Origin: Octopus sinensis
Taxonomy: Eukaryota
Direction of reading: 5' to 3'
Assembly (NCBI RefSeq): GCF_006345805.1
Contig: NC_043004.1
Coordinates: 47,368,001-47,432,000, forward strand
DNA: 64,000 nt
Every line of letters begins with the position of its first letter. Position 1 is the first letter of the stretch. The translations under genes and the position numbers were made by a program. Shown here one piece after another: positions 50,821 through 64,000 of this stretch. The notes beneath the pieces are model-generated. The model had not been told where the DNA came from. It made no database searches and saw nothing but the letters and a program-made list of their open reading frames with translations.

Positions 50821-51936
50821 CAGCATAGCCACGGCTCTTTAGCTGAAACTAGATAAAATGAAAACAAAAAATATTACTATTTAGCCCTTTATAAATCGGT
50901 TTAGCGTTCGATCATAATCCGAAGTTTGGCAAAGACTGGAATTCACTTATTTTACATAATTTGGAACAAATATTGCAAAGTATCCTCTTGTGAATCCGCA
51001 TCAAAAATTACACCTACCAACAATATTGACGGGGTTAATTTTATTTTAATCATAATAATGAGAAAAGTTGATTCTTTCAACTATTTTAATTTAAATCATA
51101 TCAATAATCTACGCTTTAAGAAAAATAAAAAGCACTCTTTCCTGGACTGTGCCCACTCTGTAATTCTATTGAATGAGGAAAGCTTAAAGTGATGTGGCAG
51201 AAAAAAAATTCAAATTTCTGTTGTTACAGTTATTGTATTTAACTGAAAATGACGTTGGGCAAGGTGGCGTCAGACAGAATTTGTGAATAGAATGCTATTC
51301 TTGTATGAGCATAATGGATAGTTTGAGGAAGAATGCGAATTGCTGAAAATCCAGTCTATTCAATTTAAGAGTCATCAATAGTTTTCGAGCGAACAGGTTC
51401 ATGCATGACCACCTATAATTCAAATGTTATCTTCTAGCATTCAACCAAGTTATACCACTTTACACGTTGACCGTAACCAATTTTCACAAAACATAAAAGA
51501 ACAAAAACCGAAACGGAGACGAGCATCGTTTAGTTAGAAAAAATTGCAGATTACAAGATGAATTGTGAATTTGTGAAACTCAAATCTTGCGTTAAATGCG
51601 ATTATAATGCAGTATAAAATTTCATTTAAGAAATGAAGCCAAGCTATTTTTATATTACTTTTGCTGTGAAATTCAAGACAGATCAGTAATCCAAATTCAC
51701 AAAGAAACCAAATGGGTGTACTGCAGCGGCAAAAATGACGGCTTTCGCTAGCAAACTAGCAACCAAAACTTAGTGCCGGTCATCAGTAACATGAAACATA
51801 TCATTAAACATGTTTTCTATGATACTTATTCTTATTTCCCACCTATTAATGACTAACATATACCCTCCTCTTGTTATTTTTACCTATATGAGAAAAGAAG
51901 ATAGACATTTATAGATTTACATGAAGAAGGGAAGTT

Positions 51937-52320
51937 CATCATCATTATTGTTCGATCGTGGTCGAGACAATGGAATTTACCATGCTACGCCAGACTTCAC
52001 GGTCCATCATGGCATTACGGAGGTCCTGTTGCTGGATGCCTGTATCCCTGGAGATTACATCAGGGTAGGAGAGTGTGCGCCCTCTGGTATTGCGAGTAGA
52101 TGGCTTCCAGAGGAGAAGAGTAGAAATTACTTCTTTTTCAGCTCTACAACAATGTCCAGCAAACTGGACTCTCCTACTTTTCACAAGAGATGACGCAGGT
52201 GGTAGTTTCCCATATATTTGCATTTTGGTTGGATGGCGCTTCCACGAGAGATTTTGAGCTCTCATAAGGAGGCGAGTGTAGGTCCCATCCAACCGCCTCT
52301 CAATTGTCATTCTGTCTTTG
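51937..52320 (-). mobile_element. 5'-truncated RTE-clade LINE 3' end
   Basis: ERRLDGTYTRLLMRAQNLSWKRHPT...RRVQFAGHCCR...LLWKP...GRTLSYPD...AMMDREVWRSMV*, followed by a (TGA)n tail. Confidence 0.85.
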
Positions 52321-52645
52321 CTCTGTGGTGGTGAATTTATTATGCTCATGATAATTTCTCATTATTTTTGTAACATTTGTTGCTGTATTAATCAAGGGAG
52401 AAATATTTCCACGTTTGAACTTCTAGAAATAATTGTTTTCATGCATAGGCTGCATAGTTAGGTGGTACACCATATCCGTTGTCCTGTACAAAGAATATAC
52501 GTCTATAAATATTGATTATGGATTTAAAATATTACGAATAAAAACGCTTATCGCTCCCTGGACTCATACCTATCTCTACATGTGTCTGCCTTGGAGCTCC
52601 GCGGCTCTTATGCATACATACATAAAAGTGAGAATGTGCGTGTTT

Positions 52646-52696
<51 letters not shown>

Positions 52697-52859
52697 GTGT
52701 GTGTGTCTGTGTGTGTCTGTGTGCGTGTGTGTGTGTCTGTGTGTTTAACAATATAAAATAAGGATGGGTTCAGCTCTGATAATTAAAACAAATGTATGCG
52801 CAGATATATACGTGCGCGTATGTTGTCTGTATGAGTGTATAAGAATATAAAAAAAAAAC

Positions 52860-53060
52860 ATGCATTCAGGTTTGATATCAATTAGACTCCAGCTATACTG
52901 GAGTTCCACCTTGAAGAAGGTTTAATTGAATATATCGATTTTAGTACTTAGTTTTCAAATGCTGCTACTCATTTTATCGTTCCATTTTGCTGAAACGCTA
53001 GGTTATGTGGATGTAAACACACAGCTACCGGTTCTCCAGTGGTGATGAGGCACAACATAG
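52860..53060 (-). mobile_element. Degenerate SINE family A 3' half
   Basis: CTGGAGTTCCACCTTGAA...AGTACTTA...TTCCATTTTGCTGAAACGCTAGGTTATG...AAACACAC...CCGGTTCTCCAGTGGTG resembles 1610-1750. Confidence 0.5.
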
Positions 53061-53087
53061 ACCCAGAGACTCACATACGTAGATATA

Positions 53088-53142
<55 letters not shown>

Positions 53143-53171
53143 ATATATACACGTATGTGTAGATATATATG

Positions 53172-53233
<62 letters not shown>

Positions 53234-55154
53234 CACATACAGACACGCACACACTTAACACATATATATGCGCAAATGTATCTGTATTTATATGGATGTG
53301 TATGTGCGAGAGTGTATAAGAATGGATGTACATATGTGTGGAGAGATAGGAAATAGATGAAGTGATAGATGTATTAGAGTTGGACAGCTCTGTAGAGAGA
53401 TAATGTGGGAGAGAATACGATGGCTGTAAAATATACACTCACGCACCAATGAAGTTATTTTGAATAATTATTTTATTCCATTACACTATGGTCATCCTGA
53501 GAGTCACATGTAAAATAAATTCGTTTAGGTCAGTACTTCAGTATCTTTTTTGTATATAAAATACATGGCTTTGTTGATAAATTTCAACCTCTATACGATG
53601 AGAAGACAATCTCAAAGTTACGTTTTTCATACCATAAAATCTAAATAAATAGCCTTATTTATTCAACGTGGGATGTATATTTTATTATTTTTCTGAAGTA
53701 AGTATTTTTCGTTTCGAAAATTCGATGAAAAGGCAAATGAGGTTTTCAAACAATTCCCACCCTGCAGATTAGAAAAATATATCTTGAAATTGATTCTTAT
53801 ACTAATTTTTTTCTTTTCATATTTTATGTTTCACCCTTGAGATAGATCAATTTGTGATATATATACTTTCACTCATAGAATATTACAATAACGAAGTCAA
53901 GAGAGAAATTTTGATAGTGTGAAAAGAATTTTTTAATATCCTTTGGTACTCTACTGTCAACATTTTCAAGGAATGTATGTATAATCTGATTAATCTCATA
54001 GCTGTCAGTATAATGCAAATCTTCTGAGGATTCAATAATAAAATAATAACTCAAAATATTAAGATATAAAATTAGAGTTTTTTTTTTTATCTTTCGCTAT
54101 TAATTTTGATATTCATTTGATAAGAGGATAAACAATAATGTGAAAAGAAACAAAAAAATGAATTGTATTTCCTAAAAAGAATTTGGCCAAGTGATTTTGC
54201 TGAAAACATTTGTAAGATAGTAAGTGACAGGGAAAATCATTTTCAGAGAAATAGAGAGGTTATAGATAACTCGATTTATTGAGTGCAAAGTAATATCTTC
54301 AAACAGGCTACTGTAGTAGAAGGGTACTATCCTGGAGTTGGTTTGCAGTATTTATGATCAGGGCACTTTACACGCACCTGCTTAGTATATATCACTTCAC
54401 AATATATCATTCTGTCAAGAGATGATGTAATGCATGATTTTCCTTCAAGTTTGGACCTAAAAATGTGAGAGTAATTATTATGTTGCCTTTCCCCGGAGCA
54501 TTCTTGATTCTTTACGTACATTAGAACAAGAATTTAATCATGACATAATTAAGCTTAGTTAATGTATGTATCCGATGTAAATTATTTAAAAATTACACAG
54601 AAATAGTTAGTTGAGAGAAAACCATTTATATTCTTAGTAATATGAGAGGAACAAGCAAGCTTCCGGGAGCTCTCATTGTTCTTTTTAGACTTAATCCGTC
54701 GCCTAGTAGTATCAAGACAAAACCCGTAGGTACTTTTAGAAATTCTCATATATTGTTGCGTATCCTCAGCCACACCGTATGAAAAAACATTACGACATCT
54801 GTATCATTTTCGGAGATCCTTCAAAACAGTCTGGATTACCGGACCTTCACCTCTGGCAATTCCAGAAACCAAATAACTTCTTCGCTTCGACTACCTATTG
54901 AAATAATGTCACATTTTATGATTCTTCCTTCGTAGTCTCAGAAAATAAGTAAATTTTATATGTTTTTAAGTACTAAGAGCTTCTAACACTGTGCACAGAT
55001 ATTTTATTTTATTTTATCTAGTTTCAGCTCACAAGCTGTGGCCATGCTGGGGCACCGCCATTTGGTATTGCTACATAATTTTACTTCACGAATGCTTTTT
55101 AGCAATTGCCATTTGGTGCATGAGAGAGTTCGATGCAGCTGCCCTCATCTGCAC

Positions 55155-55330
55155 CTACTGTCGTGAAGTTGGTTCATCTGGGACACCTAATAAGAAGAGA
55201 TCCAGTTTTATTTTAAAGACATCTGCATCCACCCCATGCAGGTCTTTTAGGTTCTTCGGGAGGATATTGAAGAGCTGTGAGCCTCGGAAGCCCAAGCTAT
55301 CACAGTATCTTGTCCTACATCTTGATGGCA
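55155..55330 (-). mobile_element. CR1/L2-group LINE C-terminal fragment
   Basis: SLGFRGSQLFNILPKNLKDLHGVDADVFKIKLDLFLLGVPDEP fits the CR1-group terminal motif (G..LFN.LP..L...FK..LD.FL..VPDEP). Confidence 0.7.
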
Positions 55331-57869
55331 AATATATTAAGTAAAAATGCCAAGTAATATCTATTGCCATTAAACCTCGTACAATCAAATGCCTTCTGAA
55401 TAGTTTTATAAAGAATAGAGTAAAACAATAATTTTTACAAAGAATAGCGTAACAAATATCGTCAATAAAGGCGGAGGATAATTTACTGCACAACACATTT
55501 CTCTACTTCACCTAAACCCAATAAAATTCTTTTCATTTCTAGCCAGAGAATTTTGGTTCTTATTTGTTTCTTTTAACTAACAATTATAATTTGGAATCAT
55601 TTAATCAAAACCGACATATTGAATTAGAAAAGTCATCTGTAAGATGCTATTCGTCTTCTTTGTATCAATGCTTTTAAGCACTTTATAAAGCAATGTGCGC
55701 TTTTCATTTTGCATAGTTTGTGCAGTTGTATCTGATGAAGTCATGTATACATGATTTAATTAGTAAAATTCCAATACATAGAAAACTTTACCAATGGCGG
55801 CAATAGTTGTTAAACAATTAGGAAAGAATTAATGATTATCGATGTGTATTTGAAAAAAAATAAGTTTTGTTGCACACGTGTGAATAACAAAATATTTTCA
55901 CAAATACAAAATGTTGTAAAGTTAATTCATCAGTTCTTTATCAGCAAAAATTTTTTAAGAAATTCATTTGCGTAACGTGATATTTTGATTTTAAAAATTC
56001 ATTGACATTTATGATATCTAAATATTATCTAAATGTATTTTGAAATATAGGTCCGATCAACTTCAATTTCTGGCTTTTTTTATTATTTATTCACGTGTGT
56101 ATGCTAGCAGTGTCTGTTAAAGTTTATCACCCTACTAGGATCTGAATAAACAGATTGCAAGTGATTGCAAATAGTTGGATGCATACTTCGAAAGTTATGA
56201 CAGTTATATCAACTAGTGGACTACTGATGTATGCATAAGTAGTTATGTAATGTTATATAGGTATTGTAATGTAAATATAGATCACACCATCGTATCTAAA
56301 TCTCAATATGTGAAACCACATGCGTTTTCGCAGTGAATAATGTGGCAAAAAGTTAATAATGTGCAGAAAAGGCAACGTGATTCTAGATTTAATCAACGCA
56401 AGTTGAAACAGAAACACCATCATCGCTACTAAACATCCGTTAGAACAAACATCGATGCACATTCACACCACCAAACCGGTTACATCGATTCTTCGTGAGA
56501 GACCGTCTTTCGCTCCTCACACCCTACAGGTGTAATGATTTCACAATTGCATAATATCTCATAATTGTCGGCATAGCATCCTGTCACATTAGTGAATAAG
56601 CAAAAAAATATATTACTAATCTGAGAAGTTAATTTTGAATGAATTCCACTGAGAAACAGAATCTATGACTTTTGAATTTAACAACACTACGATCGCCAGC
56701 ACAGATAATGAATTCAGCAAAATAAATATAGATGAAGCTAAAAATACATACCACATATAGCAAACGAAAGCACAAACCCGATTACGCAACCGAAATAACA
56801 ATATCAATCATGATACACCAACAGTACAAAGAAAGGAATTAAAACTCAACAATGAACCAAGAAAAAAATAAAAGTATAAATCATACAAAAGCAGAGAAAT
56901 GGTATACATCTGTATCTAATATAAGCCACAAAATAAGCAATGAACTAATTTATATAACAAATAGAAACATCGAACTTTAACAAAGATGCTACATGTTACA
57001 ATAATAGCCTAAAACCTCTCACACAGAGCAATACAATTAAACGCTAATACCAAAAGCAAAAGAGAAACAGAAAGCAACATAGAAGTACATAACGACGCTT
57101 AAGACAGCAAAGGAACAAACAGTAAAGAATCCAACATTTTCAATCATTTATATATAAATATGTCACAGTACTTGTTTTAGCTGAAATCTAAGATAGCAGT
57201 TACACTTATAAACCTGAATATTCTCTTACTTAATATAATTTAGTTTTCTGCCCAATGTAAACAACGATTTCAAATGTACGCACATGGTCAGCATTTTCAG
57301 GTGATGGGGTGAATCGACTACAACGCCCCAAGTGTTCAACTGGTACTTATTGTACTAAAGTCGAACACGGCGGAATTTGAGTCCAGAACGTAAACTTGAA
57401 CACAGGATGTAAATAAACATTTCTACTAAAGGCACAAGGCCTGAAATTTTGGGGCGGGGGACCAATCGATTACATCGACCTCAAGGATTGCTACTAAACA
57501 TACAGCACAGTAATGTACATTTATACTTTCATACTTCCATCCATATAAACATTATTTAACATTTAAATACTTAATATATGATTGAATGGTTCATATATTC
57601 TAATAACGTATTTACGATCAAAAATCCTTTTTAATTTCTTCTATCTTAATGAGTTTACAATGATTCGTTACAACCCATCAGTCAGAAGTGTTCTTTGTAT
57701 ATCTATTCCTAATCACTTACCATCTAAAGTTAATTCAAGGCCCAATTCCAATTTTGGCAGAAGGCCAGCACTTTCTGAGGGAGGGGTTAAATTGATTATA
57801 TCAACTCCAGTATTCAACTCTTATAGACCCCGAAAGACTGAAATAGTTCGTAATATATCAAGCGTTTAA

Positions 57870-58075
57870 GGCGTTGAGCTGGCACAGTCGCCACCACACC
57901 GGACAAAATGTTTAGCGGAATTTCGACTACCTCTATGTTCTGAGTTCAAATTCCGACGAGATCGACTTTGTCTTTCATCCTTTCGGGGTCGATAAAATAA
58001 GTACCTATTGAGCATTGAGATCGATGCGTTCGACTATCCCCTCCGCCAAATTTCTATCCTTCTGCCAAAATTGGA
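57870..58075 (+). mobile_element. SINE family B (further partial copies at ~57300-57485, minus)
   Basis: GGCGTTGAGCTGGCACAGTCG...GTTCTGAGTTCAAATTCCGACGAGATCGACTTTGTCTTTCATCCTTTCGGGGTCGATAAAATAAGTACC. Confidence 0.8.
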
Positions 58076-58549
58076 ATATACTGAGTGTTAGTTAAACAAA
58101 CGATAATGGTATAGAATGATGTTAATACGCATGCGTATTTTCGCACGTCATGTATCTCCTTCTCTTTTATCGGATTATACTTACGAGATGTTAATTAACG
58201 TGTTCACGTGTAAAATGATTTTACCGTATATCCACCTCTTTTGCTTCGTTGTCATTTCATTATTTATTAATATTATCTCTAATGCCGGAAACATTGAAAA
58301 TGTTTCTGACAAGAAAATATCCGTTATTAGTTCTTCGTATACGAATATAACAATTATTATACTTCTGATATATACGGGCTATTGTTTGCATAATGACTGT
58401 TATGGTCAAAATATTTCCACTCTTATATCTCTCTTTCTTGCCTTCTTCAGATATTATTTTATTCGGTAAGGTTCATGGAAACCTTTCTTCAACGCTTGCA
58501 ATGCGTGTTTAGTAAGTTACAAGGTATATATAGATTTACTGAATCGGGT

Positions 58550-58676
<127 letters not shown>

Positions 58677-58783
58677 GAATATGAGCAACGCTGGCGGTGT
58701 TCCAGCATGACCACTGCCTTAGGGCTGAAACGTATAAAAGAATTAAAAGAATTAATTACCTTTGTTTATTTAGATGTAATAAG

Positions 58784-58960
58784 GTGAGCTGGCAGAATCG
58801 TTAGCACGTCGGGCGAAATGCCTAGTGGCGTTTCGCCCGCCGCTACCCTCTGAGTTCAAATTCTGCCGAGGTCAACTCCGCCTTTCGTCTTTTCGAGGCC
58901 GATAATTTAAGTACCAGTTGAGTACTGGGGTCGATGTGATCGACTGTCCCCCTCCCCACA
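58784..58960 (+). mobile_element. SINE family B
   Basis: GGTGAGCTGGCAGAATCGTTAGCACGTCGGGCGAAATGCC...CTGAGTTCAAATTCTGCCGAGGTCAAC...GTACTGGGGTCGATGTGATCGACT. Confidence 0.85.
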
Positions 58961-61900
58961 AACCAACCTCAGGCTCTATGCTTATAGTAGAAAGGATTAT
59001 TCAAATCACGTAACCGACATGAAAATACAGGTTGTATTGAAGACCAGGTGTTACACATGTGGTTGGACCAACTTCTGAAGGATAACTTTTCAGAACAGAA
59101 GCCAAGGAAATAAAGGATTCGGATGTTGTCCAGCTTCGTAGTCACGGTGATAACACTGATAAGAAGAGAATCGTCAACAACATCTTCAGCAACAAAAGTA
59201 AATTCATCAAAAGATACTAGAAATGCCAGAATACCAAATACACCATTAGCAACAGAACCAACATTACCTCCACAAGTCATTCTACACTATACAGATGGTG
59301 TTTGTATACGGGTGTGTTGTAAAGGACCGCTCTTTCATCCAAAAACACACCGACATCAGTGTAGCTGGCTACCACGCACACACTTATTCCAAGCAACCTT
59401 TTCTACATTATCCTCATACTGCTTTATCACATTCGGATTCCCGAAAACTAAGAGCATTTTGTACAGACTGAATTATTGCAAATATAGGCTGGAGTATTTT
59501 GTAGAGAATAGCTTATAGCCGTTTTGCAACTACAAAAAGTCTCAATGTCCCCGGGACCCAAAAATACCTGCATACCTTTCACCCAGCACCACATGTACAA
59601 CAATAAAAGCAACAAAACTGCGGCCACAGTAACATTAACAAAAAAAAAACCAACTGATTCGCAACCGAAACGAAAACAACAGCATGAAATGCAATTTGAA
59701 ACGGTCGAGTTAACTCTTCTCTCTGGTGACGTTGTCGAGAATTTTGCAATTACTTAAGTCAACAAATAGGAATTCGCCCTCGTTCCAGTATTATGTCATT
59801 TGTACTGTATTAATTGCTTCAGTTTTTCTGTTTATATTATACTGCTAGAGTTATTCTGTCGAGTAAGGTTTGATCTCATATTACAACATAAATGATGACA
59901 AATTTACAGCAATTTTAAATATTCTGTCATTCGTAATTTAGGTCCTCGTGTTTAATGTTTCACCCGATTTTTCTCTACCAGTCTAGTAACAAACTGACAG
60001 CTAGTATCGATTAAGCAACTCGGTTTCCTTCTTTAATGGATATGACAATATCTGACTTTCCATTTAAATTTTAATAACTCCTTGAACATACGCTTTACCG
60101 TGATACCATTTCTACATATTCAAATTCGAGTTTCTCATAGATTTCCTAACGAAAAATTGCAACAACTTTACCTTGGCTTTAATCCATAAAAAAACGTGTT
60201 TAAAAGCATTTTATCGTTCACTAAAGAATCCTACTGCAACCGTGATACCTTTCAGTTATGCATTTAACTTGTATATTTTCTTTTATTGCTTGCTATTGCG
60301 CATCTCTAATCAGATCCACTGTTTCCGCCTTCGAATTCCCTTGTATAGCTTTTGAAATTATTTCTGATTTCGATACAGTTTGAATAAAATATTTCAGTGT
60401 AAACCTTTCTTTTTTTGATAACTCTTTTATCGTCATCTAACATCCTGCTATTGATATCAAACGCTTCACAAACAAGCAGAAAGAAACTTCCATAAACACT
60501 CAACCACTACTTCTTCACAGTTTTCTACATTCGCCAATCTTCTTCCACGATCTTTTTCTGTTGAATTACAATCAATCATCATCCGTCTGTTGATGTCACT
60601 TACTGTATTTCTCTGATATTTTTTCTGTCTACCATTTATAATATCTTTGTTCATTTCAGCTGTGTATCTACTGACAGATACTGTTCATATATTTTTATGG
60701 TAGCAATGGTATTTACGCCACTGAGTTTAGTTATTAATAGCCAGCTTATCCCTCAGAAATATTCGCTCTTTATTCGCTCTTTTATTGTTATTTATTATGC
60801 TACATTATTGTCATTCCTTTTTATTCGTCACAAAGTCACGTTCAAGCACATACCAATCTCCATGTTTACCACTGCTAAACACTCTCACTGTACCGACAAG
60901 GAAAAACGAATTCCTTACGCCATACATTAATGGAAAATGGTTAACTATCCCGACGCCTTTTAGTAAACTATTCCACCGTTTAGTTTCTTAGAGAGTTGCA
61001 CGGAAGAAACACCAAACAATAGGCGTATCACGTTAAAAAGTACTCAGACCTCTATCGGTCATTTTGCAGTGGGTGTGTCTTGTGGTTAATTCTCTTTTCG
61101 AATTTCCCATGTTTGCAAATCATTTCTCTCCAATTTTGATCATTTTTCGTCGCTTCAGTATTTAAGATGGGCTGGATGGGATTCAAAATGATGTGCATTT
61201 TTTTTTAACGATAGACCACATTGTTGAATCAATTCAAATTTTTAATTTCGTACACTTATCTTACCACTTTTTGTCATTCTTGTATTTCTCAGGCATACTT
61301 TCAATCATTTACGTTCCGTTTACATGGAGTTTTGTCAACAACCTTGTTGCCTATATCTATCGTAGTAGTAAATAGGATACTAGACTTCAGTTTTTGACCT
61401 CAGCATCCTTGATTACGTCTTTCATAAGTGTTTTCTTAACCTTACTCATCCAACTTGGCATATTTCCAATGAAGGGAGCCCCTTTTAAGAACTTTCTTGA
61501 GTGTCTTAACGTTCTTCAACAACAGACTTTCCAGTCCGTCTCGAATGAGTTACATCGAGACAGGTATTTCAAATCTTGTATTGTAATGAGCTTAGTAGGG
61601 TATATTATTCTAACCTGTATTCTATTCTGCATTCATATCCTAATTTAACCTCTCTGCTCTGCCTCAATGTTTTGGATATATTTTGTGTTTTCCATATATC
61701 ACTCAAATCTGTGTGTTTCTAACTGCACCTAGTACATTGTTGGGTCTTTCTAGTTCAACTAATTTTTCAAAAAGATTTAAAAAATTCTTCTGATGATTGC
61801 GAAACAATCTGTCTACTGAACTGGTCTACTTTATTCTTATATAGTTTTACATTAGCTGCTTATGCTGTAATTATTCGCTTCACTTCTTGATTAACATCAT

Positions 61901-62456
61901 TTACTTCTGGCCTTCCCTTTTGCAGGGAGAAGTACAACCGTGTTTCGTGGACTCCTACCACAACAGCTCCTTTATAGGATCCAATTAGCTCAAGACATCA
62001 TCAGGAGGATCACGTCCGGTTTTGGCCCCTACTCCTCTACCGTTTTGACATGGCGCCCCCCACCTTTCGGAGGTGTCTTCAGCTCTGGTGTTGGGTGCAC
62101 GTCTTCTTTCTTCTGTTCCCTGGCCTCTTCGATGTATCGTCAGCGAGTGTCAGCCGGTGACTGACTGACTTGTCAAACTTTTCCCCTTAAATACCTGCCG
62201 CTAGTCTCCTATTTTTTATGAATCTTACTTCCCGTACGAGTGCGCCTTATTTCACGAGCTGTAGTTGACTTGATTCCCATCCGAAGATCTTGACACTTTA
62301 TTCTAGCTGTATCTCCATATAATTATTTGTATGTTCTTTTCCTTTACTTGTAGCTCCACCATTCGTTGCTAATCCTGGTACTGCTACATATCGTTACTTC
62401 TACGAAAGAGAGATAAGTATCAACTTTCATATAATTGCCTTACTGTTATGCTTTTT

Positions 62457-62610
62457 ATTCTTCTTCTTCTTCTTCTTCTTCTTCTTCTTCTTCTTCTTCT
62501 TCTTCTTCTTCTTCTTCTTCTTCTTCTTCTTCTTCTTCTTCTTCTTCTTCTTCTTCTTCTTCTTCTTCTTCTTCTTCTTCTTCTTCTCCTCCTTCTCCTT
62601 CTTCTTCTTC
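62457..62610. repeat. (TTC)n microsatellite
   Basis: Direct reading. Confidence 0.95.
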
Positions 62611-62652
62611 TACTACTACTACTACTACTGCTATAACTACATTTTCTCGTTA

Positions 62653-63011
62653 TTATTGCCCCACAAAGGCGGGGTATTATTTTCAGTCGCGTTTGTTTGT
62701 CCTTACACAAGATAGCTAAAGAACCGCTGGATGGATTCAGATGAAACTTTCTGGAATGTTTGGCCTCGTGACTGGCACGAACCGATTAGACTTCGGGATC
62801 GATCTGGTACCGTACAAGGATTCCAGCTTATTTTTCCTTTTTTTTTTTTACTTAATTTTTGAGAGCGGTTGGGTTCACTTTTGGTACTCTCGTACTCTAG
62901 CAGTCAAGTTTATTTCAGATATACCCATTTTCAAAATCATATCTGGCTAATCGGTGAGATTACGTTGGTGTTACCTTGGCGGATGTTTGTGATCTTTGAG
63001 TGCTCTTGCTG
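62653..63011 (+). mobile_element. Helentron-associated non-autonomous element (HINE/DINE-1-like)
   Basis: TTATTGCCCCACAAAGG..TATTATTTTC..GTTTGTTTGTCC..ACAAGATAGCTAAAGAACCGCTGGATGGATTCAGATGAAACTTTCTGGAATG...CCTTGGCGGATGTTTGTGATCTTTGAGTGCTCTTG follows the widespread HINE layout (subterminal IR plus 3' GAGTGC end). Confidence 0.55.
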
Positions 63012-63136
<125 letters not shown>

Positions 63137-64000
63137 CAGCAGCAGCAGCAGCATCACTCCGGTTTTACGTCCTGTGCCCAAATACTGCCCTTTCAGGGCC
63201 GATATAATCGAATGGCCTCTCTCAACAAAATTTCTGTCTTTTGTGCTTATAATAAAAAGGTTGGTTTTTTTTATCATTATTGTTGTTGTTATCATCGTCA
63301 TCATTTTCTTCTTTTTCCGGTTCTCTACATTATGTGTTCACACTCCGCCGAAACCAAATTTACGTTACATTCTTTTGGGCTAAATGTAAAGTATCAACCA
63401 AGTAGAGGTGAGGATGTAATCTGCAATACCCGACTTCGTCCTAAAGTTTGAAGCAATTATCCACAATATCATAATCATGACCATCATTGCCGTCGTATTC
63501 AGTGACTTTTTTCATGTCCAACTTTTCCCACAACCCCGCATATGTTTTTGTGTACCGTGTGTAAGTAAAAGATTCTGTTTTAACTTTGTATTATTTGTTT
63601 ACTTCAGGAAGAGTCTGTACAGTGACTAGCAGTAAAATTCCTGCAGAATGTGCATATTTGGGCATCGGTTCCATCGTTGTGTACTGAGTGAACCACTGAA
63701 CATCTGAACGCTTTTCAACCTCACGTTCCACACACTTTACGTCTCCCAGGATGTATTCTAATATAACACAATTTTCTTGGTTTTCCTAATGCCCACGTTG
63801 CTAACGTATATGATTGTGATATGAGAATGCTAACTTTCTCGATGGTGTTTTTTTCTATTCCACCATTATAATTGTTCCGCTTGCTTCCATAGTATGGTCG
63901 GTCTCTGAAAAGGGATCCAATAAAATCCCGTAATTATTTACCATGACAAACATTCTCTTTATGTCCATACCACTTTTCAATCACTTTACATTTACAAGCA

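Noticed and set aside
54330-54900. Possible CR1/L2 RT remnant (YGVAEDTQQY resembling YADDTQLY)
   Set aside because: It is too degraded to support beyond a single motif resemblance.
59040-59518. RCYTCG zinc-knuckle-like and HYTDG RNase-H-like words
   Set aside because: These are isolated short motifs in different frames without supporting residues, which is insufficient to call a gag or RNase H remnant.
61930-62010. Hammerhead-like CTGATGA...CGAAAC on the minus strand
   Set aside because: Stems I and II do not close convincingly, so this is probably chance or fully decayed.

Overview
AT-rich, microsatellite-dense animal DNA with no recognisable host protein-coding gene. It looks intergenic or deep-intronic. 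The three tRNA-derived SINE families match what I recognise from octopus (coleoid cephalopod) genomes; this is recognition from memory, not a database search. Nearly all the long ORFs in the supplied track are translations of (AT)n, (GT)n, (GAA)n or (AAT)n tracts. The real content is transposon-derived. (1) A near-full-length but frameshifted R4/Dong-clade LINE (RT + CCHC + restriction-like endonuclease, 42661-46607, minus) sits between two (AAT)n tracts, inside a cluster of related relics. (2) There are several Penelope-like (RT/GIY-YIG) relics, plus RTE, CR1-type and Ty3/gypsy fragments. (3) There are MITEs, including a three-copy family carrying TAACCC hexamers, and Helitron/Helentron-type non-autonomous elements. 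The most unusual observations are candidate hammerhead-ribozyme motifs in Penelope-type termini (one possible full type-I fold at 13024-13116, minimal forms at 15952-15986 and 31873-31910), several fold-back palindromes (13275-13942, 31977-32140, 11244-11544), and a ~395-bp tandem duplication with a MITE exactly at its junction (17381-18600). I cannot demonstrate a novel multi-gene system here.
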